In this document: piece after piece, positions 42,599 through 54,760 of the stretch
Layout: every line of letters begins with the position of its first letter
Position numbering within the stretch: position 1 is the first letter of the stretch
Assembly (NCBI RefSeq): GCF_009914755.1
Contig: NC_060936.1
DNA length: 64,000 nucleotides
Direction: 5' to 3' (one strand)
DNA from: the human T2T-CHM13v2.0 reference genome, Homo sapiens
The notes under the pieces: model-generated
Database searches by the model: none
Seen by the model: the letters and a program-made list of their open reading frames with translations, nothing else
What the model was told of the DNA's origin: nothing
Translations under genes and position numbers: made by a program

Positions 42599-44349
42599 AA
42601 AAAGCACCTGGAGAAGAAGGAAGAGCTCAAAACACCAATCAAAAACACCGTAAGACCTCATACTGAGGTCTTATCTAAAGCAAGCCAGATGGACACAAAG
42701 CTTTTAGCTGACAATGCAGGCAGGGGCTTCAACTCGGGGCTGGATTATGTGTTCACATTCTAAAAGTAAGGCCACAGAAGGAGGGATGTGGGGTCACATG
42801 CTTCTCCATAATAAAGACATAGCCAGAGGAAAGCTGCAAACAAGCCACCCCTAAAGGGTAGAGTCCACGTAAGGTTTGGAAGGGAAGGGCCGAGACAAGA
42901 TCCCAGGACACTTGCTGATCTTTTCACCTGAGGTGAGGTAAGGTGTCAGGAGCAAGCAATCCCACCCCTCTGGCAGAGGCTTCACCTTCTCATCTCCTCA
43001 TATGTGCTACTTTGAAGCCTCTAAAGTTCTTGAAGCTTCTACTAGAGATTTCCCATTTCCAAGCATCCCAAACAGTGCAATTTTTCCTTAACCGTTCTTA
43101 TGATCTACCCACTACCTCACATATTGACTACATTTATTTGATTTTAGTACTATATAGTCTCCTAAAAGACTTGATGTTTATAGTAAAAATAAAAGGACAT
43201 ATAGTAAAGAGGAGTCAAAGACCAAAGTCAACAAATAAAGGGGGAAGGAAAGGTCATAAGAACAAAGCAATAGAAAGATCAGCCAAGTTTGAAATTCAAT
43301 TCAACAAGTGTTGACTACAGATATCTTTCCAAATGTAACTTACCCACCAGTATAGCGTGGAGGTTAAGAGGGTTGCCACTTACTAGCTGTAACCTGAGGC
43401 CAAGTTACTTCACGGTTTAGTGCCTCCATTTTCCTATCTGAAAACTAGAGACGGGGGGGGAAAAAAAACCTTTCCCAGAAATTGACACAACTTCAAATTA
43501 TTGTCTATCTCTCTCATTCCTAATCTAGTAAAAGTTCTTGAAAGAGAAGTCTAGGAGAGGGGAAAGAAACCAACATTTATTATGTACCTACTGTAGATTA
43601 ACTCTATAAATTATGCATTTAGTCATCATAAACTTGTGAGAAAACATTTTTATCAATTATATAGACAAAATGGAGTCATGGAGGCTCCAAGGCTTAGATC
43701 AGAAGTTACAGGTGACCTCAGATCTCCTCTCTTGCGATGCATACCGTGGAGTCATGCTCCACATAGTGGAACTCCTAGGCTCCCTGCCTCAGAATCACTC
43801 AAAACCAGTCACTTGTTAAAACCAATGATTCCCAGGCCCTCACCCAGACCTATTTAATTACAATTGCTTGATGGTAGTGGTTTTAATAAGTCACCCACCA
43901 CCATGATTCCCCTGTACACTCAAGAGCCATTGACTCAGTGGTTAGGAGAATGGACTCTGAAGTTGGGCCTGGTCCTGGTGTCGCTATGTTCGAGGTGTGT
44001 GACATTGGGCACATTACTCAACTTCTCTGAGACTCTTTACTTCATTCCAAACATGGAGATTACAGAACATCCTTCATATGGTTGCTGCAGTGATGAAATA
44101 ATGAATGTCAGGTGCCAGGTTCAGAGTCTGGCACTTAGTAAGTATGATCATTTCCTTCACATGAGAATAACTTAATTTCCTCTTTGCTTTCTCATTCAAC
44201 TTCACAATTCACTGTATTTGCTTTTAAGTGGAATCACTTAAATGATTCCACCATTTAAGTGAAATCAGCTGAGCAAATATGACCTCCTTGCTAAATCCAA
44301 TCGCTTCTTTTCTGTTCTCATGTAGTTTTCTATCCACTCTGTCTATCAC

Positions 44350-45140
44350 TTGTTCATCAGAAATGTATTGTGGCTCTGCCCTGGGCCATGCCCTGGGCTA
44401 GGCATAAGGAATGCCATGGTGAATGCAGCAGGCATAATCCCTATCCTCATGGAACTTTCAAGCTTGTGTTGGGGACATGGATCTCTATAAGTAACCACAT
44501 ATAAGTGTAACAAGTTTTGATATGAAAGAAAAGAACAGAGTGCCCTACAAGCGAATGACAGAAGGGACCTTTTGTCATAGAGGATCAGGGAAGGTCTGAG
44601 ACCTGAGAAAGAGCCAAGTATGGAAACAGTCTTTCACACAGAAGGAACAGCAGCAGGTAGGAAGACCCCTGAGGTGGAAAAGAGCTTGTCACATTGGAGG
44701 AAGCAAAAGAACATCCATATGGCAGGACAAGAGGAACGGTGGTATGAAATAAACCTGTAAATAAGCATGGGCTTAACCGTGCAGAGCCTCGTAAACCATG
44801 GTGAAGGTTTGGGTTGAATTCCAAGGGCAACTGGAGGCCATGGGAAGACTTTGGGCTGGAGTATGATCCCATCACTGTAGCAGTGATTTGGAGAAAAATT
44901 AGAAGGGGATTAGAAGGGAAGCTGAAAGATCATTGGGTTTGCAGAGGCTTGGATTTGAGTACTGGAAGCTGAGATGGGAACAAGTGAAAGGATTGGGGAT
45001 GAATTTTTGGTGGAGAATTGAGAAAATTTGGAGATAAACTGGATGTGGAAGATAAAGAAGGAAGAGGTGCCAGGAATTACTCTCAGGGCTGTTTTGAACA
45101 ATGAGCCATTTACCATTTTTGGTGGAGCCATTTACCAAGG
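44350..45140 (-). mobile_element. L2
   Basis: Antisense L2 text: CCTCATGGAACTTTCA...GAGGAAGCAAAAGA...GGAGGCCATGGGAAGACTTT...GGATGTGGAAGATAAAG. Confidence 0.75.
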
Positions 45141-46256
45141 GGAGGCACTAAATCCCTCTCTGGGGAATATAATATAATCTTTACATTTCTAAAATCTTCC
45201 AAATGACTCTGATGGCTGACCCTATTTAAGAAGGCTCAATCTAGAGAGGTGGCATAGAGAATAATGGTTACATTTAATGGCTAGTCATTATATCTTTCTT
45301 TGGAGGTAGCTTGTCTTGTTCAAACCTAGTCATGAACTGGCCATATCACTGGGAAAGTTAGTTTAATCATCTATAAAATGGAAATAACTGGTTCATATGG
45401 GTATTGTAAGATATTAATCTTATAAAACATTTGGAGTACTTCCCAGCTACTATTTTTAGATTATTCACTTGAATAAGCCAGGTGTTTTCACATCTGTAAG
45501 CTTTAGCTCATTCCCTGCCTTTTGCTTGATGTGTTCATCTCCCCTTGTGAAAATTTTCTATTTGTTATTCAGAGATAGCTTTCCTCTGACTGGTACCTCA
45601 AACCACCACCCATCCAAGCCAGTCATCTGGACCATTTCTCCTGCTTGCATGGGCTCACTGTTCTGTATGGATTCTTCCACCATAGAATTTACCACATGGG
45701 TTAGAGTTATTTATTTATTTATTTTTGGTCTTCTGAACAAGACTTAGAACTTTTGGAGGTTGCTGATCTTGTCTTATACAAATTTATATCCACAGAACCT
45801 AGTCTGTTGTTGTAGCTTGAGGCACAGAATGAATTTGATGGATTTAATTGAATTTAACTAAATTAAAAGCATAATACTCTCAGGGAACTCATCTCACAAT
45901 CTAAGCCTCTTGCTTAATTAAAGTAGCCTGTGAATGCAGTCATAGCAAGCTACAGCCAATGTATAGAAAACATTCACCCTACATGGCTATTTAGGCCCAA
46001 ACTTAAGCCTAAACCAGTCATGCCAGGCATAACACCTTTCTTATCTGTCTCTCACCTCTGCTTTGCTCTTCCTGAGCAATGTGGGGCCCATGCCTTTCTG
46101 AGGAACAGAGGAAGGAGGAAGGTGGGGTGGGGAGGAAGAAATACTCCTACAACTTTACAAAACCTTCCTTCACCCCTCAATGCAGGAAGGAAGGTAGAGA
46201 GAGTGGCTGTATGTGCTGTATTAACAGGCATGCTCAGGCTGGTTTGAGTCCTTACT

Positions 46257-46322
46257 TTTTTTTTATTTTGTTTTGTTTTGTTTTTATATATATATATTTT
46301 TTTTATTATACTTTAAGTTCTA
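46257..46322 (-). mobile_element. Ultra-truncated L1PA insertion (~20 nt of L1 plus A-tail)
   Basis: The reverse complement of 46303-46322 is TAGAACTTAAAGTATAATAA, the L1PA 3' terminus; TSD AGTCCTT(A/T)CT at 46247-46256 and 46323-46332. Confidence 0.75.
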
Positions 46323-47370
46323 AGTCCTTTCTAACCACCTGACTTTGTGCGGAAGGTCCAAACACCATTAGGCAAACCCCAGTAATGTTACAAGCACAGT
46401 GACCTATCCCAGAGCAACTTTTTTAAGAGGATCCGTGGTTTTTACCATGCCTTTGAGTGGAAGCAGAATTTGAACTCTCTCATACTAATTCTTGTGGAGC
46501 CTTCAACCTCCATAAAGTGTGCAGGAGGTACTCATCATACATTTTAAACTAAAATAATTTGATTAAGCGTTTGGGTCTCTGAGGGAAAAGTTAAAGAGGA
46601 CTCTTCACTCTATTCTTTAATTTCGAGGCAAATGGACACAACAGGAGGTAGTCTGACATGTAAAAATAGAAACCTTTACAGCCAAGCAGATCTGGGTCTA
46701 AATCCTGACTCATTTACTCTTTAGTTCCGTGCTCATTAAAGTTAATAATGATGACAATGATGATAATCACTAGCACTTACATGTGCTTACTACATGCCAG
46801 GCTCTGTTCTAAGTGCCTCGCATGTGTCAACTTATTGAAGATACCACCACCATATTTTATAGTGAAGGAATCTGAGGCACAGAAAGGTTTTGTAATGGAT
46901 ACAAGTTACTAAAGAGCCGAGCCAGAATTCAAACCCAGGCAGCTGGGCTGCAGATATCCATGCTAATATACACTGTGCTTCCCTGACTCCCACGTACCTC
47001 TGGAGCACAGCGTCTGGCTTTCAGAATCTGAGTTTCCTTCCCTGTAAAGTGCATATGATGAGGCCAACCTTGGTGAGGCCTGAAGGAGATAGTGTACATT
47101 GAACCCTAGACACCAGAGGGGCACCCACACTAGAGTAGGTGCCTCTAATGTCAACTTGTACACTCACAATGTCCTATCAGATTTCTAAGTAAACTCTAAT
47201 AAAATTCTGAGATGTCTAGAGTGCCCAAGAACAGCAAATGTGTGGGTGGACTGAACAAATTGGGGTTTTGAAATTTACTGTTTAGAACCTTCCACTGATC
47301 CAGAAGGCAGTCATAGTCTGTGATGCCCACTATCTCAATATTTCTAAATTAACTATGTCTTTTGTTACAG

Positions 47371-48820
47371 GCTAGAAGCCCACCAACTGCTAACAACCAG
47401 CTGGAGAGTAAGTCAAAAGCTATGAGAGCCCAGAAGGAGAACAATTATTTAGACCTGGAGGGGCCAGTTGGGAAAGTCTTTGAAGGGTCTTCAGAAAATG
47501 GACCAAAAGAAAAGAGGAAAAGTCATTCTACTGAGAGGTGTTTGTGTAATCAAAGCAACCGAGGCCTAAGAACTCACAAAAGATTAGAAAAGGGTAAAGG
47601 ATGCCTGGAAAGCCGGACTAGGAAAAGGCTGTGAAGGGCCCTGAAGGTCACATGTCACATGTTGCCTGCAGCATGCAGAATCAAAACATGATAAATCATG
47701 TCTTGAATCATGACATATGAAGCATGACACACGAATCATGACATGTGACATGTTGAATGTCACATGTCACATGCCGTAGGCAGCCATCAAGAGTATTTGA
47801 AAGGAAAGTGTATAATCAGGCCTGTGCTTTAGTAAGACAATTTGTATAGTGTTCAGTGTGGATTAAAATGGAGAACACAGGTATCAGTTTGACATCGACA
47901 GTACAGGAAACCATTTGGGTTTCTTGTACACCAAAATATTAAAACATACACGCAAACACACCAACACATTAAAATCTTGAGAGAGAGGGCCAAAAGTTCT
48001 TTGTCGCTGGACTAAAAGTGGAAATAAATGTTTACAACCTCTAAGGTGGATTAAGCTAAGAATTTGGAGTTGTTGGCAAAACTGCCACATAAAATTTCAG
48101 ACATGCAAAGAAATGCAATCGTAGACTTATGCACATACTTCCACCAGAGAAGGGAATCTGGGCAGAGTGTTCAAAGCTTAAGAAATTCCTTTGCTCTTCA
48201 CCAAGAAGAGCCAACAGAGTTTTCGTTGAATCAACTCTTATATTCCCTTAAAAAGAAGTTGATAGTGTTGTGGAAAACTCACCCATTGAAGTGACAACAA
48301 AAACAGCAACCCAGTATGAGTTAACTGGTATTATGTTAAAGGGACAAGTAACTGCACTTTTGACACACATCCTCTAAAAGGTAGGGTGGGAGTGTTTCAA
48401 AGAACCAAGTCTGAGTAATAGAAAAGCATATACCACTTCCCCATATACACGTTCGAGCATGGGGGAGCAGGAGGCTGGGTAATTGAATGCAGTTGTGCAC
48501 ACTGGCAATTTTCCCGCCACATACCATTTCTTTGGTGTCTCTCCCAAAATTCTCCTCCTAAGTGGCACATCCCTTTATTGATCATCTTTCCCCATACTGA
48601 TCATCCTCAGCAATCATGTGAGTTATTAGTCTAAGTATTTGTTTTTCTCAAATATGGTCTTTTAACTACTCCCTAAATATTTTATATATACATAGTTTGT
48701 TTTCCCAATTTAACTACAAGCATTTAAAAAATGGGAATATTTGTCTATATTTCTGTAATTTTTCATCATGCCTTATATGGTATATAAAGATCAACAGCAA
48801 TAAAACAACAACAGTAATAA
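47371..48820 (+). ncRNA. IFNG-AS1: IFNG-AS1 terminal exon (3' end approximate)
   Basis: Acceptor TCTTTTGTTACAG|GCTAG; poly(A) signal AATAAA at 48799-48804. Confidence 0.8.
48799..48804 (+). terminator. Polyadenylation signal of the short IFNG-AS1 isoform
   Basis: AATAAA located at the simple-sequence tail of an antisense MIR. Confidence 0.6.
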
Positions 48821-49616
48821 TAGCTAAGACCTTTTGAATACTAACTGTATGTTCAGCATTATTTCAACAGCTTTACAGGTATTAACTGATTTAATTATTA
48901 CAACAACGGCATGAAGTAGATACTACTGTTGTCATCAGTTTATACTTGAGGAAACTGAGTTATGGGATGGTTAATTATCTTTTCCATGGTCACAGAGCCA
49001 TTAAATGTATGATCTCAGACAGTCTGACACCTGAGCTGTGCTTCAATGTACCTGTTAAGATATTCTTTTTCTTGAATTCAAATTCTGAAAGGAAAACAGA
49101 GTTGAAAAATCAGAGGCCCTAGCTAATCAAGTAAAGTTTTGCTTTAAAAACAGCAAAAAACAATCTTCCTAAGGTCTCTGCAACATTTTGTGGCCCATCA
49201 CAGAACAGGGTCATCTTTGACTTCTACACCAAGGAAAATGTGGCTTTTGGATTCTTGGACAGAATCTACTGCATGGCCTCTATCTTCATATGCCCTTGCT
49301 GGGATCCGAAGATAATATGAATAAAGTAGATATAGTGGAAGTGAGTAGAAGAAACATCCTGAACAAAAAACACTTGTTCCACTTGGCCAGCTACCTATAT
49401 TCTCATCAAGGGAGAGTTGGCCACAGGTAATACCACATCAAAGTGCAAACTCTGGATCAACTTGCACTTTTACTTATTCCTACCTTTGACACACACATAG
49501 CATAACATGTATAATTCTTATTCTGGGCATAGTTGGTGGTAGGAAGGTTTTTATACATTTGAGATTCTATTTGGTGAGCATATGGTAACAACACAAGAAA
49601 TGTGCCATCAGACTAC

Positions 49617-50121
49617 TGTTCATCAGCTTACGAAGATGGCTACAACAATTCTTATGATTCTTGTGCACATGTTTCTTTGCCATGCAACTTTGTCACCCCT
49701 TCCCATCAAGACATAGAGTCCATTTCTTTTTCCCTTTAATTTGGCCCTGTGACTTGCCTAAAACCAACAGAAGGCTGCAGAAGGGACATCATATGACTTC
49801 AGGGTCTCAGCACCAAAAGGCCTTTCAGCTTCTGCTTTCAGGCTGTCATTGCTGTGAGATAGGAAGCCTGGGCCAGCCTCCATGAGAATGAGAGACCACA
49901 CCTGGTCAACAAGGAGAGCCAACCTTCAGCCATGTGAGTGAGACCATCCAGCCTCAGTTAAGCTGCCAGATGACTGAAGCCAGATAAGTGGCCCCAGGCA
50001 AGACCAGCAAAACAGCCAACTGGCTGAGCCCAGCCCAAATTGCTAAGGCATAGCAATTTAGGACAAGATAAATTCTTGTGTTTTAAATCAGGATTTGTTA
50101 TGGAGAAATGGATAACTGATA
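49617..50121 (+). mobile_element. MLT1 (MLT1G/H-like) LTR
   Basis: AAGATGGCTACAA...GGCCCTGTGACTTG...CCAGCAAAACAGCCAACTGGCTGAGCCCAGCCCAAATTGC...GATAACTGATA. Confidence 0.75.
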
Positions 50122-50979
50122 AAGCTCCAAATCCTAACTGAGACAAGAAATTCAACACCTTTTATATTACCATGATACAAACATTATTTTCTTAATAGTC
50201 ATCATTAAAGCTTTGTATGTTTAACTGCCCTTCCACTACTACAACAGCTACTGTGCTGGTGCATTCACATTCATGCATACACATAAAGACACATTCTCCA
50301 GTTTCCCAACTAGTTACTCATATACTCTTTTGGGCTTTCATTTCTCAATATTGCTATATTTCCAGCTCAGTCCATTTAACTAGCTTCATTCCCATATATC
50401 CAGCTCTTCCTGTCTATGAAGAGTAGCTTACCATTACTTACTATGTGCCAGGAACTGTTTCTCACTATCACTTTATCAGGCAGATAGTTCTCTATCAATA
50501 ACTACTGAACAGATGACTTCATCTAGTCAACCATGACATTAGAATCAATCGCAAGATAGAGATAGGAATCAAAGAGAAGAGATAAATATGTTACCCTTAT
50601 TACTTATTTTTAAAATATTTATATTGGAAAATACGATTGCGACACCTACTAACCCACACAAACACAAGAACATTTGGGCAACCACAGGCCTCCTCCAATG
50701 CAGATTGGTGTGTGAAAAACTTACAGCATGGAGGATTAAAAAATGTATATTCTCTGAAGGCAGATATGCCCTTCCAGATACAAGAAAATGAATGAACCAT
50801 TAATGCTGAGTTCTTTCTCCCAAGCTGACCAATCAGTTGTGACGATTCCTCTCCCCTAGGAATAGTCACTCTTGAGAAGTCACAATTGTAACATCGATGG
50901 AGGTTTCCTATAGAAACATAAAGACTGGGGATTATGTGTTTCCCCTATAACAAATTTTGTCCTTATCTTGTGACTTTCC

Positions 50980-52360
50980 ATTATGTTTCCAGCCTCAACA
51001 TCTTCCCTAAGCCTCAGAATTATATGTACACCTGTCTATTCAGTCTCTGCTTGGAAGCCTAATGGGTATTTCGAACTCAATATGTCGAAGAGGATACTCC
51101 TCATTTTTTTTTTTAACTATCTCTTCACTCCTCTTTAGTTTGCTAGGGTTGCCATAACAAAATAAGGCTGGGAAACTTAAACAGCAGAATTTTATCCTCT
51201 CACAGTTCTAGAGGCTGGAAGTCCAAGATCAAGGAGCCAGCAGTGGTTTCTCCTGGTATCTCTCTCCTTGGATAACTTCTCACTATGTCCTCACATGGCC
51301 TTTTCTTTGCACACACATATCTCTGGTGTCTCTTCCTTCTTATAAGGAATCAACCATATTGAATTAGAGACCCACTCTTATGATCTCATTTAACCTTAAT
51401 TACCTCCTTAAAGGCCCTATCTCCAAATATAGTCACATTAGAGGTTAGGGCTTCAGTACAGGAATTTTAGGGGTAGGGCACAATTCAGTTCCTAACAACC
51501 CCTCTCACAATCTTTCCTATTTTAGGAAATGGCACCACCACTGATTAATTGCTTAGGCTAAATTTTAGGAATCATCTAAGATTCCTCTTCCCCTCATACC
51601 CCACATCCAATCCATTAGGAAGTTATGTGTGTTTTACCAATTTCATATCCCACCACCTCCACTATGGACTCCAGGTTTTGCCATCTTGTTCTGCCTGCTC
51701 TACTGTAATAGTCTCCTAAATGGTTATACTGGTTCCTTTCCTGCCCTGCTACAGTCCATTTCTCACACATCCACCAGAGTCAATCAGATACCATTGAAAG
51801 TAAATCAGATACCATTGCTTCCCTAATTTGCAATCTCTAGTGACTTCTCATTATGCTTAGAATAAAACTCAACTCCATTTTACAACCCACATTCATCTAC
51901 CCTTGCCCACCTCACCATCCTTACTACATATCACTCTTCCCCATCATTCACTCAACTCCAGTCACTTTGGCTGCCTTGACTTTCTTCAAGCATCCAAAGC
52001 TCACTTTGGTGTCACAACCATTGCATGTGTTCGTCCTTGTCCATCCACCTGGAACTCTCTGGATGTGTCTCCCCCCTTTTCATTTCACTGATATCTCTGC
52101 TCAAATGTAACTTTCTTAATAGAGCTTTCCTAACTCTATTTTAAACACACCTCATGACTTTCAACTCCTTTACCTTCCTTTATTTACTTTCAAAATATTT
52201 ACAACTGCTTGAAATTACATTGCATTTTTATTTGTTTATTGTCTAGTCTTCTCCACTAGGTTGTAAACTTCCTGAGACTTTTTGTTTCTTGCTGTACCTG
52301 TAGCACTGAGAAGGGTCCTTGAAACAAAACAGACCCTCAACACATATGCATTGAATGAAA
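50980..52360 (+). mobile_element. L2 interrupted by MLT1A
   Basis: AAATGGCACCACCA...CCCCACATCCAATCCAT...TCTGCTCAAATGTAAC...TTGAATGAA 3' end. Confidence 0.75.
51132..51498 (-). mobile_element. MLT1A-like LTR
   Basis: TTAGTTTGCTAGGGTTGCCATAACAAA...GGCTGGAAGTCCAAGATCAAGG...GGCACAATTCAGTTCCTAACA. Confidence 0.85.
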
Positions 52361-52913
52361 ATAATTTATGCAATCTAAATCATTCTGATTTGGAAATTTG
52401 ATCATGCCACTTCCCATCTTAAGCTCTCCAATGGCTTCTCATTCCTCTGTGGATAGACTTGAAGCATCCAATATGGTGTACGAGACCTTCCTAATTTTCA
52501 GTTTTACCTCTAGCAACTCCCACCATGCAGCTTGAGCTCCAGTCCTCCCTAACCTTTATGAAGACTAGAACTGTGCTGCTTCATCTTGTAATCCCTGGAG
52601 TCTAGCACAATACCTGACACAAAATGGTTACAAAGCAGCTGGCATTAAGTGGCAGGAATTATGCTATAAAACAGAGAGTGTATAGAGTCTTGATTTTACA
52701 TTTCACTAGCTGGTTACTTTATTGACAAAATGGTGATAATAAAATCAGCCCTAGCTATTTCTCACAGGTGATTTAAAAATCAAATTTATATAAAAATATT
52801 TAGAGAGCACCTACTATGTGCTGGGCACTGTCCTATGTGTTGAGGGTACATTAATGAGTGAAATAGACAATGATTTCTGCCTTCATGGAATTTATGTTCT
52901 AGTAGGTAAAAGA

Positions 52914-52963
<50 letters not shown>

Positions 52964-53194
52964 AATAAGTGCAATAGAACTAATTCAGGGAAGGAGAATG
53001 AGGAGGGCCTGGTGCAGTGCTTATGCACATTTTGTACTTGGTGGTCAGGAAAGGCCTCATAGAGATGATGACATTTGAACAGAGACCCAAAGGGGTTGAG
53101 GGAATAAACCATGTAGACATTTGGGGAAAGAATATTCCAGTCAGAGGGAACAATAAATGCAAAAACCCTGAGGCAAGAACATGTCTATAGTGTT

Positions 53195-54760
53195 CAAGAC
53201 CATATATTCTGGGCCATAAAATAAATCTCAATAAATTTAAAAGAATTCACACAATATAAAGTGTGCCCTCAGATCACAACAGAATTAAATGAAGCTCAAT
53301 TTAATAAATAAAAATAAATAACAGAAAGCATCTCTGGATAATCCTCAAATATTTGGAAACTAAATAACACACCTCTGAATACCTCATGAATCACAGAATA
53401 AATCAAAAGAGAATGAATGGAATGAAATTGAAAACAGAAATTATTGAAATTTGTAAGATACATCTAAATTTATGAAACTCAAACACCCATATCAGAAAAG
53501 AAGAAAGGTTTGAAATTAACAACCTCAGCTTCTGCTTTAAGAAATTAGAAAAAGAAGAGAAAATAAAACCCGACCTAAGGAGTAGAAGGAAAATGATAAA
53601 GATCAGAGTGGGAAACAATGAAATAGAAAATAGAAAATGATAGAGAAAATTAATAAAATTAAAAACTTGTCCTTGAGAAAATCAAAACTGATAAACCTTT
53701 CATAAAACAGATCAGAAAAAGAGAAAGAGAAAACACAAGCTACCCATATTAGGAATGTGAGAAGTGACAGTCCGGATTTGACCAATAATAAAAGGAAAAT
53801 AAAGAAATATTATGAACAACTTTATGCCAATAAACTTGACAACTTTGATGAAAATGTACACATATCTTGAGTAGTATAAGCTATCGATACAGTTTTGACC
53901 CACGTTCCCATCCAAATCTCAAGTTCAACTGTAATCTCCAATGTTGGAGGGAGGGCCTGGTGGGAGGTGACTGGATCATGGAGGTGGGTCCTTCATGAGT
54001 GGTTTAGCACCATCCTTTTAGTGCTGTTCTTGTGACAGTGAGTGAGTTTTCATGAGATCTCGTTGTTTAAAAGTGTGTAGCACCTCCCATTTCATCCTTT
54101 CTTGCTGCTCTGGCCATGTGATCTGCCTGCTCCCTCTTCGCCTTCCACCGTGATTCTGTTTCCTCAGGCCTCCCCGGAAGCTGAGCAGATGCCAGCACCA
54201 TAATTCCAGTACAGCCTATCAAACTGTGAGCCAATTAAAACTTTTATTTATTTTATTTATTTTAAAAAAATTTTAATTTATTTATAAATTACCCAGTCTC
54301 AGGTATTTCTTTATAGCAATGGGAGAACTGACTAATACAGCTATCATAATGCATTCAAGAAGAAACAGAAGACACTAAATAGCCCTGCATCTATTAAGGA
54401 AATTAAGTTTATTTTTAAAAATTCAATTTATAAAGAAGTATATGAATGAAAATACTTTCCACGAAGTAAATCCTAGGCCTGAATTATTTCATCTGTGAAT
54501 GCTAACAAACACTTAAGCATGATATAATACTCATTCTATGTGAACTCTTCTAAGAAGTTGAAGAGGAGTGAATACTTCCCAACTCATTCCACAAGGCTAG
54601 CATTACTCTGATACCAAAATCAAAGACATAAGTAATGAAAACCATGGACCAATTTCCCTTGTGAGCACAGACGAAAAATTCTTAGCAAAATTTTAGCAAG
54701 TTGAATGTGACAATACCTAAAAGAAGACCAAGTAGAGTTTATCCCAAGAGTGCAGTGTTG
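53195..54760 (+). mobile_element. Old L1M ORF2 fragment
   Basis: GACCATATATTCTGGGCCATAAAATAAATCTC...GAACAACTTTATGCCAATAAA...CTTCCCAACTCATTC...CATTACTCTGATACCAAAA. Confidence 0.82.
53885..54339 (+). mobile_element. MSTA-like solo LTR
   Basis: CCAAATCTC...AATGTTGGAGGAGGGCCTGGTGGGAGGTGA...GACTAATACA; perfect TSD GCTAT (53880-53884 and 54340-54344). Confidence 0.92.

Noticed and set aside
47110-47125. CTCF-like ACACCAGAGGGGCAC
   Set aside because: An extra G breaks the core spacing, so the match is weak.
47680-47755. p53 response element among the CATG repeats
   Set aside because: No pair of adjacent half-sites fits RRRCWWGYYY well.
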